Under the pieces are notes generated by a model. It did not search any database. It had not been told where the DNA came from and worked only from the letters and a program-made list of their open reading frames with translations. From NCBI GenBank assembly GCA_042216335.1, contig JBDGTY010000013.1, positions 1 to 23,432 of the forward strand: DNA of 23,432 bases, read 5' to 3'. This DNA comes from Candidatus Nanohalobium sp. Lineage in GTDB: Archaea; Nanohalarchaeota; Nanosalinia; Nanosalinales; Nanosalinaceae. This document shows, piece by piece, positions 9,340 to 16,655 of this stretch; the stretch's first letter is position 1, and each line of letters starts with the position of its first letter. The position numbers and the translations under genes are program-made.

Positions 9340-9777
9340 TCAGTAAACCTTCTCCTTATCCAGGTATTCATGAAGGAACTTCATCGGAGGATATCCGTAG
9401 CCAGCGTCTTGGTGCCAGTTCATTCTCTTGTACTCGTCGGCGGTGACCCAGGCGAAGTTTTGATGTTCTTTCGATATTTCTACCTTGCCTTCCCAGTTGC
9501 TACAGTGTATGATAAATGTGTCTACATCGTTTTCTTCCTCTATCTCTTCCCTGACTATATCACTAATTTCTCCGAGTTGAATGCCAATTTCTTCTTTAGC
9601 TTCCCTTCTCGCTGCTTCAAACCTGTCTTCTCCTTCTGCTAAAGTTCCTCCCGGCAGCTCCCACTTACCGGCCATTCTCCCGTACAAAGTATATTTGTGG
9701 CCACTGTGTACTTTATCTTCTGAGGTTTTCTGCATTGTCAGAAAGTCTCCATCCTCATTCTCTATCAATAGTTTCAC
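9340..9777 (-). CDS. NUDIX hydrolase (probable C-terminal domain of a frameshifted fusion)
   Basis: WELPGGTLAEGEDRFEAARREAKEEIG Nudix box. Confidence 0.9.
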   Translation of the reverse strand: MKLLIENEDGDFLTMQKTSEDKVHSGHKYTLYGRMAGKWELPGGTLAEGEDRFEAARREAKEEIGIQLGEISDIVREEIEEENDVDTFIIHCSNWEGKVEISKEHQNFAWVTADEYKRMNWHQDAGYGYPPMKFLHEYLDKEKVY

Positions 9778-10223
9778 AACTTTGATTCGCTCTCCCGAAC
9801 CATATCCTTTTCTGACTCAAGATAATCGCTTAGATATTCTATGACAGGAAGAATATAGGCTGCGTTTCTATGCCAGTTCAGTTCCAAAGCCTCCTTGCTA
9901 TCTATCCATCTGTATTCTTGATGCTCTTCCTCCAGCTCTATCTCTCCGGAGAAGGAATTATTGAACATCACGAAGCAGTTGACGGTTTCATCATCCTCTA
10001 TCTCCAGCCTAACAAGATCCCTGAAATCTTCTGAATTCAGGCCAGTCTCTTCCTTAATCTCTCTTTCCGCGGCTTCAAACCTGTCCTCATCATCCTGAAT
10101 CTTTCCGCCCGGCTGCTCCCACTTGTCCGCCATCCAGCCGTAACCCGAAGATTTTTTCAGCATCAAAAACTCGCCACTATCATTCTGGATTAGGACTTTG
10201 ACGACATCAATTTTCTCTGTCAT
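9774..10223 (-). CDS. NUDIX hydrolase (probable N-terminal domain of a frameshifted fusion)
   Basis: WEQPGGKIQDDEDRFEAAEREIKEETG Nudix box. Confidence 0.9.
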   Translation of the reverse strand: MTEKIDVVKVLIQNDSGEFLMLKKSSGYGWMADKWEQPGGKIQDDEDRFEAAEREIKEETGLNSEDFRDLVRLEIEDDETVNCFVMFNNSFSGEIELEEEHQEYRWIDSKEALELNWHRNAAYILPVIEYLSDYLESEKDMVRESESKL

Positions 10224-10642
10224 AGTAAATCGAACGCTTCCAGCGCTTTAATCTCTTCTCCAAGCTTTTCACGGGCATTCTCCAGGTTAGTTCCAAGGTT
10301 CTCTGTGTCGATCCAGGTGTATTCGGAGTGATCGGTCAAAAGTTCTTCATCGATCACTTTCTCCATATCTCTGTACATGTGTTCGGCGTATACAGGGATT
10401 ATGTCGTATTCACCACCTTTCCAAATATAGTCTGGTTTGGACTTGACAGCAGTTACCTCTATGCTGAACTCCTCATCCATCTCTCTTTCCGCAGTATACA
10501 GTGAATCCTCATCCACGTGTTCTTTACCGCCAGGAAACTCCCAGTCGCCGTTATCATTCCTCCGGGCAACCAGAAAATACCTTTCTTCACCAGTTCTGGG
10601 GATGACTGTGGCAGCTACTCTTCCTGTATACCTCTCCGACAT
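10220..10642 (-). CDS. NUDIX hydrolase
   Basis: WEFPGGKEHVDEDSLYTAEREMDEEF; ATG 10642 lies about 22 nt downstream of TTAAAA. Confidence 0.88.
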   Translation of the reverse strand: MSERYTGRVAATVIPRTGEERYFLVARRNDNGDWEFPGGKEHVDEDSLYTAEREMDEEFSIEVTAVKSKPDYIWKGGEYDIIPVYAEHMYRDMEKVIDEELLTDHSEYTWIDTENLGTNLENAREKLGEEIKALEAFDLL

Positions 10643-10675
10643 AGATATAGAAAGATTCACAAATTTTAAGCAAAT

Positions 10676-11062
10676 TTAGTTTAATTCCTCTGTATCGGTA
10701 ATTTCCACGCCTTCTTCTTCGGCAACTTCTGCTAGTTCAGAGTCCTCTGTAGCCAGTTTCTCTCCTGCTTCCTTGGCTGTGGTCAGATAGGATGCGTCGT
10801 ATAAGGTTATCTCGTGCTTCGAGGCGATTTTCATAACCTTCTCTCTATCCGGCCGGATTGCTTCCATCTCCTTTTCAAGTCTGTCAATCAGCTTGATTAG
10901 TTCAGCCAGTTCTTCTTTTTCTATCCTGTTCTGGAGGTTGTGCATCTTCCAGAACACGTTCCCGGTCTCGTAAAAGGTTAAATCCAGTATCTTCTCGTCA
11001 AACAGCTTTTCGACTTCTCCTTCTGTAAGGATTTTCACGAGGCTGCTCGTGTCGAATATCAT
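10676..11062 (-). CDS. vapC: VapC PIN-domain toxin
   Basis: MIFDTSS, LTFYETGN, TLYDASY, LATED PIN motifs; ATGA overlap with the antitoxin. Confidence 0.92.
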   Translation of the reverse strand: MIFDTSSLVKILTEGEVEKLFDEKILDLTFYETGNVFWKMHNLQNRIEKEELAELIKLIDRLEKEMEAIRPDREKVMKIASKHEITLYDASYLTTAKEAGEKLATEDSELAEVAEEEGVEITDTEELN

Positions 11063-11277
11063 CTCTTCCTGTCCTCTCTGATAGATTCTACTACTTCATC
11101 CGAATCGACTTCCTGAAGTTTATCGCTTAATTTCTCTGCATCTTTCTGAATCTTTTCTCTTCTTCTCTTCTTCAGCTCTTCCTCCAAGGCTTTACGGATG
11201 ACCTCGCTGAGGCTGATATCCTCCTCAGAAACCTGTCTTTTCAGCTCTTCCGGCACTCTTGCAGAAACAGTCGCCAT
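11059..11277 (-). CDS. vapB: VapB/CcdA-like ribbon-helix-helix antitoxin
   Basis: MATVSARVPEELK...SEVIRKALEEE...ESIREDR, directly upstream of the PIN gene. Confidence 0.88.
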   Translation of the reverse strand: MATVSARVPEELKRQVSEEDISLSEVIRKALEEELKKRRREKIQKDAEKLSDKLQEVDSDEVVESIREDRKR

Positions 11278-11293
11278 AAGTGTAAACGCTTTT

Positions 11294-11313
11294 GTAATAC
11301 TTAAATGTATTAC
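11294..11313 (-). promoter_or_regulatory. vapBC promoter with palindromic operator
   Basis: Perfect inverted repeat GTAATAC-N6-GTATTAC around the TATA box (ATTTAA on the - strand), about 25 nt from the vapB ATG. Confidence 0.7.
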
Positions 11314-12116
11314 GATTGCCTTACTTTCAGCATCCAGTCGTCTATCTGCTGGGAAAGTTTTTCATCGTCTTTGTCGGCTTCAACCTCTACATCGTCGAAG
11401 AGGTCGTTGATTAGTTTGTCTGCCTCCTCTCTGAGTTCTTTCGAGGCTGTTTCCGTTTCCTTTTCGAGTTTTTCCTCAATAAGTTCTTCTATTATCTCTT
11501 TTTCTTCCTTTTTCAGGAGTTGGTCTGCCATCTTCGTTATGTCAGGTTCCAGTTCATGGTTTTCCTGTATGAATTTGGCACCAAGTAGGCCTCTCAGCAC
11601 GTAAAGGTATTTCTTGGCTGATAGATTGTAGCTTCCGCTGTCCGGGTTCAGAAACTTATCGTAATTCTGTTCGGCCATTCCTCTGTAATGGTAGGGCACG
11701 TCGGCAGGAAGATGGGACTCTACTATTTCTTGAAGTTCTTCCAGCTCTTCCTCTCGCTGATTCCAGACGATATTTTCTCCAAAAATCCACTCCAGCACAT
11801 TAAAGTTAGTCTTGAAAACCAGGTAGCCAAACTTCTTCAGCTCATAGCTCACCAGATCCATCTTCGACTGGGTAAAGGATGAATCCCACTCCTTCTCAAC
11901 CTCAAGCTGTTCACGTGGAGAATCAAGCTTCAGATGCTCCTCAGAATTAACGGCGTGGAAACCTCTGATGTCGATATCGCCGCCTTTCTCGCTTGGAAAT
12001 CCATAGAGGTGACTTCCGCTCAAAGCATAGAAAAGAGGCTCTTCGTCCTCTGCCAACTCCTCACTGGTAAATTCTCTGATCTCCTGTTTCTTCCTTTCCG
12101 AAAGTTTACTGCTCAT
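11310..12116 (-). CDS. Pol-beta-superfamily nucleotidyltransferase (PF10127, YcgL/RlaP-like)
   Basis: SGSHLYGFPS..GDIDIRG, NFNVLEW, KKYLYVLRGLL; the ATG at 12116 lies inside the last codons of ABCE1. Confidence 0.88.
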   Translation of the reverse strand: MSSKLSERKKQEIREFTSEELAEDEEPLFYALSGSHLYGFPSEKGGDIDIRGFHAVNSEEHLKLDSPREQLEVEKEWDSSFTQSKMDLVSYELKKFGYLVFKTNFNVLEWIFGENIVWNQREEELEELQEIVESHLPADVPYHYRGMAEQNYDKFLNPDSGSYNLSAKKYLYVLRGLLGAKFIQENHELEPDITKMADQLLKKEEKEIIEELIEEKLEKETETASKELREEADKLINDLFDDVEVEADKDDEKLSQQIDDWMLKVRQS

Positions 12117-13642
12117 AGAACTCTCCGCTCTTCCTCTGTTCCTGATCCTTTTGAGAACCGGGCTTGTTCGCCCGTGGCCTTCCGCTCTCTGGATCCTTCC
12201 TGAACGTGATCTCAACCTCTTCCAGGAAGTCGTTCATCGCATCCTCGATCCTCATCGGCTCGGTTGATTCTCCCTGTTTTCCGGGTTCTCCTTTGAATAC
12301 CATGCCACGGTCTGCGATGTAGTCCAGTAGGAGGAGGTCGTGGTCGATGACGAGCAGTGGTTTCTCGGTCTTCCGGGCGAAACGTTTCAGTGTCTTCCCG
12401 AGTTCGACCCTGGATTCCACATCGAGGTATGCGGATGGTTCGTCAAGAAGGTACAGGTCGGCGTCTTTGGCGAGACACATGGCGATGCCGACTCTTTGGA
12501 GCTCCCCTCCTGAAAGCTCGCTTAACTTCTGTTCGTAGAGTGGCTCCAGCGTCAAGGGTTCCGCGATCCGGGTCTCGAATTTCCGGCTATCCGGGTTCGC
12601 CACTTCTCTCACTGCTTTCTCGACTGTCTGGTCGCCGGCTTCCAGGTACTGCGGCTTGTAGCTTATGTCCATATCCAGAGATTCTCCTGTGTCTGGGTCT
12701 ATGGCGCCCGCCAGCATCTTGGCGAAAACTGTCTTTCCGAGGCCGTTCTCCCCGAAGATCGCAAGTATCTCCTCCTCGTGGATCGCGCCTTCAGCTGTCT
12801 CCAGCTTGAACTCGTCCTCTCCGAAGTCTTTAACCATCTCCTCGAACTTTGCGACCACCGGCTTGTTTTCGACCTGTGATCTCTTCGAGCGGTCGAACTT
12901 TATCTCATCTGAACGTATTCGAATGTTGTCGCTGGGCAGGTAGCCCTCCAGGTAACGGTTGACTCCCTCTTTGCTGCTTAATGCGTTGGATGCCATCCCG
13001 TAGCTTCCGGGATCGCCGAAGAAGATATTTATCCGATCCGAGATGAGGTCGAGAGTGGCCAGGTCGTGTTCTACAGCCATCACGGGATTATCCTCGGAGA
13101 GTTTCCGGATCTCTTGCCCCATGTTCAGCCTCTGCTTAACATCGAGGAAGGAGGAGGGCTCGTCGATCATGTAGATGTCGGCGTCCTTCAGGACTGTCGA
13201 GGCAATCGCCACTCTCTGGAGTTCTCCTCCGGAAAGGACGTCCACTTCCCTGTCNNNNNNNNNNNNNNNNNNNNNNNNNNNNNNNNNNNNNNNNNNNNNN
13301 NNNNNNNNNNNNNNNNNNNNNNNNNNNNNNNNNNNNNNNNNNNNNNNNNNNNNNGAAGCTGTTGTCGTGGAACTGGTGGACCTTCTCGCCCTCCTCTGCA
13401 GGTAATTGAATCATCTGGATGGCGTTATCGTATGGGTACTTGTTGATCGCCATCTTGTGAGCCTCCATCACGTCCTCCTCAGCGATGTGGAGTTCCTCGT
13501 TCTCGTCGATGTAGAAACCGCCCTCTTTTCCTGCACGATTCAAGGGGTCGTAGTTGATGACTGTTTCACGGGCCAGGTCAGGCTCGATCTTGTCCTGATC
13601 GATTACGACGACGAAGCGCTTGCTGTTTTTACCTTTCTCCAT
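12106..13642 (-). CDS. rli: Ribosome recycling ATPase ABCE1/Rli1, interrupted by an assembly gap
   Basis: Two LSGGELQR signatures, DEPS Walker B motifs, GENGLGKT and the hinge TFRKDPESGRPRANKPGSQKD. The N-terminal part (13642-13354) aligns with the RLI Fe-S domain but has no Cys. Confidence 0.95.
13255..13353. other. Assembly gap (99 N)
   Basis: Run of N. The missing part of NBD1, including Walker A, should need roughly 350 nt, so the gap length is probably nominal. Confidence 0.95.
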
Positions 13643-13673
13643 AACTGGAAGTTTACCTCAAAGAATTAAAGTT

Positions 13674-14675
13674 CTAGTTAAGCTTCCGGCTCCTCTTCCT
13701 CAGTTCATCCATGTCCAGATCCTCAAGCTCGGCAGAATAGTACCTGTCCCTCAGTTCTTTCAGCTCCTCTCTTCCGTACGGGAATGTCAGCCTCTTCCAC
13801 AGACCTTTCCATTCCATGTAGTTAGGTAGCTGGTCGGCGTACGTTCTGCCGGCGCGGAAAAGGTCCTGGAACGTGTCTAACTTTGTGGGCTCGATCACTT
13901 TCATATCTTTGATTTCACCTAGTGGTATCTCTCCGCTCTCAAGTTTCTCTATCGCAGAATCTTCCAGCAGTCCGATTCCTCCGAGGCCGCTGGGCAGGTG
14001 GACGTGATGGTCGTGCTCCACTATCATCTGCGCATCGTATTTTTCTGCAAGTCTTTGTACGTTGATTTCGCTGTCTGTTTCTCCACGCGCGTTCCTGTCG
14101 ATGTTGACAGGGTATGCGTACGTGTAAGGTATGAAGAGTTCTGCGGAGGATTCTTTAATCGTTTCACATACTTCTTCCAGTTCCTCCATATCCATGCCGA
14201 ATTCCCCGAGGAAGGGGTGCGCAGGATGAGCAAAAGCTGCGTCTTCAAGAACTTCTGAAAGCTCTTCCCCTTCTATGTTGTAGTACTCTTTTTCTTCGCG
14301 CAGTGGGAGGCCTACCAGAACCAGATGGCTGTCCCTCCTCCTGTAGGATGCCTCCACTCCGTTGATTATCGCTACCTTGGAATCTTCGTGCTCCATTACC
14401 AGGCTTCGCTCGTTCAGTTCGTAGCTGCCGCCCAGTTCTTCGGCTTCCTCACCAAGTTCCCTGAAGAAACCTTCTCTGTTTGTCCTGTAGTGTTCTGTCA
14501 GTACTATGACTGCCTTCTGGCCTTCCCCCAGTTTTTCCAGTATCTTCACCGGGTCGCCAAGATGGTTGATTCCTTTCCACTCCGGCTCCTCCGTCAGTTC
14601 GTTAACGTAATCTGTTGACTTCTCGGTGTGGAAGTGGTGGAGGAATAGGGTGTTCCTGGTTTCTGTGGCGTCCAT
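13674..14675 (-). CDS. Divergent PHP-family metal-dependent phosphoesterase
   Basis: HHFHT, LTEHY, NGVEA, SHL, AHPAHPF, HDHH occur in PHP motif order. Confidence 0.7.
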   Translation of the reverse strand: MDATETRNTLFLHHFHTEKSTDYVNELTEEPEWKGINHLGDPVKILEKLGEGQKAVIVLTEHYRTNREGFFRELGEEAEELGGSYELNERSLVMEHEDSKVAIINGVEASYRRRDSHLVLVGLPLREEKEYYNIEGEELSEVLEDAAFAHPAHPFLGEFGMDMEELEEVCETIKESSAELFIPYTYAYPVNIDRNARGETDSEINVQRLAEKYDAQMIVEHDHHVHLPSGLGGIGLLEDSAIEKLESGEIPLGEIKDMKVIEPTKLDTFQDLFRAGRTYADQLPNYMEWKGLWKRLTFPYGREELKELRDRYYSAELEDLDMDELRKRSRKLN

Positions 14676-14713
14676 GTGTGGTTTTCGGAAGCTAGTTAGA
14701 AATAAGTTTTTGG

Positions 14714-15100
14714 TCAGAGGCTGGTGTCAATCGCGCTTACAATCTTATTTTCTATGTCTCTGACCTCGTTCCTTGTCAGCCCCCATACGCGTGTCATGTC
14801 CTCTGTCTCTGCGTCCCAGATCCCGGCGTATCCATGGTTCTCAAGTGCCTCGTTCAAACTGCCTGTGTACTGGGAGGTCTTGCCGAGGTAGTGCTGGATC
14901 TCCTGGTTAGTTATCTTGCTGACAGGGATGTTGTTGAATGAGGAGCCTTCTCGCTCCGGCTTCTCGGTGATTATCTCATCCACTGCTCCGTAAACCTGTG
15001 AGAAACCGCCGAGAATAGAGGAGTTGCCGTCGGGCCTGTAAACCCACGAGGCTTTCTTCTCCCTGATAAATTCGGAAAGCTCCTCCCTAGGCCCTTTCAT
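14714..15100 (-). CDS. Hypothetical protein
   Basis: ORF directly after the nusA stop; ATG 15100 preferred over TTG 15112. Confidence 0.65.
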   Translation of the reverse strand: MKGPREELSEFIREKKASWVYRPDGNSSILGGFSQVYGAVDEIITEKPEREGSSFNNIPVSKITNQEIQHYLGKTSQYTGSLNEALENHGYAGIWDAETEDMTRVWGLTRNEVRDIENKIVSAIDTSL

Positions 15101-15104
15101 GGCT

Positions 15105-15608
15105 TTATTCAAAGCTGATCTGGTAGTAGGTTCCTGTGATCTTCTCGATGATGTCCTCTAGTTCGTCCGTGGACATGTTGATCTTGCCCTCGAACTCCTC
15201 ATCGACCACTACCTTCTTGTGCTCGCCTTCAGGAGCGAACACCGTGTTAACTGACTCGATCTCCGCCGGGCTCAGCAGTCCTTTGATGACTTCTCGGTCG
15301 CTCTCGCTCTTCTCAACGACACGGATACTTTTCTCGATTTCTTCCGCGACTTTCTTTACTATTTCTCCGCTTCTGCCGACTACCTTGGCTCCGTCGCCTT
15401 CGGCAGTTACCACGACGACAACGTTTTCCGTGTCGTAGATGTGGAGGATCTCCGAGTCCCGGAGGCTTCCGTATTCGTCGCTGAGTTCTTTCAGCTTTCT
15501 TGAGATTTTGATCTCGAGTTCGTTGATCTCGCCGTTCTCCAGCTTCTCCTCGCAGTTGCTGCAGAGAACGTCGCTCTTCAGACATACATTACAGATTGGC
15601 GCCTTCAT
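15105..15608 (-). CDS. nusA: Archaeal NusA paralogue (Zn finger plus KH domains, NusA2-like)
   Basis: MKAPICNVCLKSDVLCSNCEEKL, KH motif VVGRSGEIVK, LLSPA...VNTVFAPEG. Confidence 0.85.
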   Translation of the reverse strand: MKAPICNVCLKSDVLCSNCEEKLENGEINELEIKISRKLKELSDEYGSLRDSEILHIYDTENVVVVVTAEGDGAKVVGRSGEIVKKVAEEIEKSIRVVEKSESDREVIKGLLSPAEIESVNTVFAPEGEHKKVVVDEEFEGKINMSTDELEDIIEKITGTYYQISFE

Positions 15609-15647
15609 ATACAAGTCCGCGTCGTGAAAAATTAAATAGGTGGAGAC

Positions 15648-16142
15648 TCACCGCAGGGAAAGGAAAAGCTGGCGCCCCGACTCAACAACGGCGGCGCCGC
15701 CGACAACTAGAAGGCCGTAGAACACTATGTACTCGTTGAAGGATCCTGCGACCAGTGTTGCAGCAAGTATAGCGACTCTCTCCTGCCTGCCGATTATCTC
15801 GACATTGGAAGACCTGAGTCTGTCCTTCAGCATCAGGTGGAACGAGTTCTGGAAGCCGACGGCCACGGCTGCGAAGAAAACCGGTAGAGCAGCCGGTGAG
15901 AAAAAGTAGGCTGAGAACAATCCCAGGAACTCGATAAGATTAGCAGAGAGAGAATGCAGCACCTTCGATGTATCAGTTCGTCCCTTCATCCTCGCCACTT
16001 TCACGCCCTGCCTGTAGAGCAGGAATGAAGCTGCCACGGATGTTCCGGTTATCGCCGGGTTCCCGACGATGATGCTTGCTCCCGTTCCGAGCACCATTGC
16101 TGCTATCGATGCAAGCGTCCACATGTAGTAATTGTTTGCCAC
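15648..16142 (-). CDS. Membrane protein, degenerate CDP-alcohol phosphatidyltransferase-like
   Basis: 5-6 hydrophobic helices; G-x3-AR and C-terminal GRQERVAIL retained, catalytic Asp residues absent; GTG 16142 lies about 25 nt from TGTTAA. Confidence 0.6.
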   Translation of the reverse strand: MANNYYMWTLASIAAMVLGTGASIIVGNPAITGTSVAASFLLYRQGVKVARMKGRTDTSKVLHSLSANLIEFLGLFSAYFFSPAALPVFFAAVAVGFQNSFHLMLKDRLRSSNVEIIGRQERVAILAATLVAGSFNEYIVFYGLLVVGGAAVVESGRQLFLSLR

Positions 16143-16183
16143 TGTGAGAATGTTATCGATGTCAAGTGTTAACAGTTTTTCGA

Positions 16184-16634
16184 TGCGGAAATCCCGGGGA
16201 TTTTCCCGCAAACCGAAGATAATTCTTGTCCTGGATTTTTAGAAGATAAAGCCCGGTCGGGTGAACGCTTCCGGTGCAGGAAAAGGGGGGGAGGGGAGTG
16301 TTTTTCGAGATTTTTTCTCGAAAAGGTTCCTGCAGTCCTTCCACGTTCACCCATCTGGGCTGTTGAAAATATTGTGTTTGGGAGGAGCCCGAGCCTGAAA
16401 CAAAAAGGGGGGGGAGGGGAGTGTTTTTGCTTTGGGCTCATGACTCCTCCTAACATAGCGACGAAAATCGAAGATTTTCTGGAGTCGAAGACTTCTCTGT
16501 CTTCTGTGCCGAGAAACCTGTCAGGGTTTCGGCCCAGAAACCTTCGGTTTTCGTACTTTAGGCCTCTAAGAGGCCCTTGCTGAAATCCTGGTGGACTCCA
16601 GCTTGGCGAAAATCCTCTCGGATTTTCTGGATTC
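16184..16634. ncRNA. Large structured non-coding element with two G-string repeats (ncRNA, ftsZ 3'UTR or oriC candidate)
   Basis: About 10 inverted-repeat stems plus the direct repeat A4-5G7-8AGGGGAGTGT5 at 16281-16305 and 16402-16428; the ORFs here lack host composition. Confidence 0.55.
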
Positions 16635-16655
16635 ACAAAATTCAAAGAGTTTTGA

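Noticed and set aside
12106..13642. ABCE1 as a split gene or pseudogene
   Set aside because: The break coincides with the N gap, so it is an assembly artefact.
16184..16634. RNase P RNA, SRP RNA or tRNA
   Set aside because: No GAGGAAAGUCC/CR-V, SRP helix 8 or cloverleaf motifs found by eye; a very divergent version needs Infernal to exclude.
16162..16645. ORFs 16169-16645, 16162-16350 and 16374-16583
   Set aside because: Basic, Pro/Gly-rich products of the repeats, unlike the acidic proteome.
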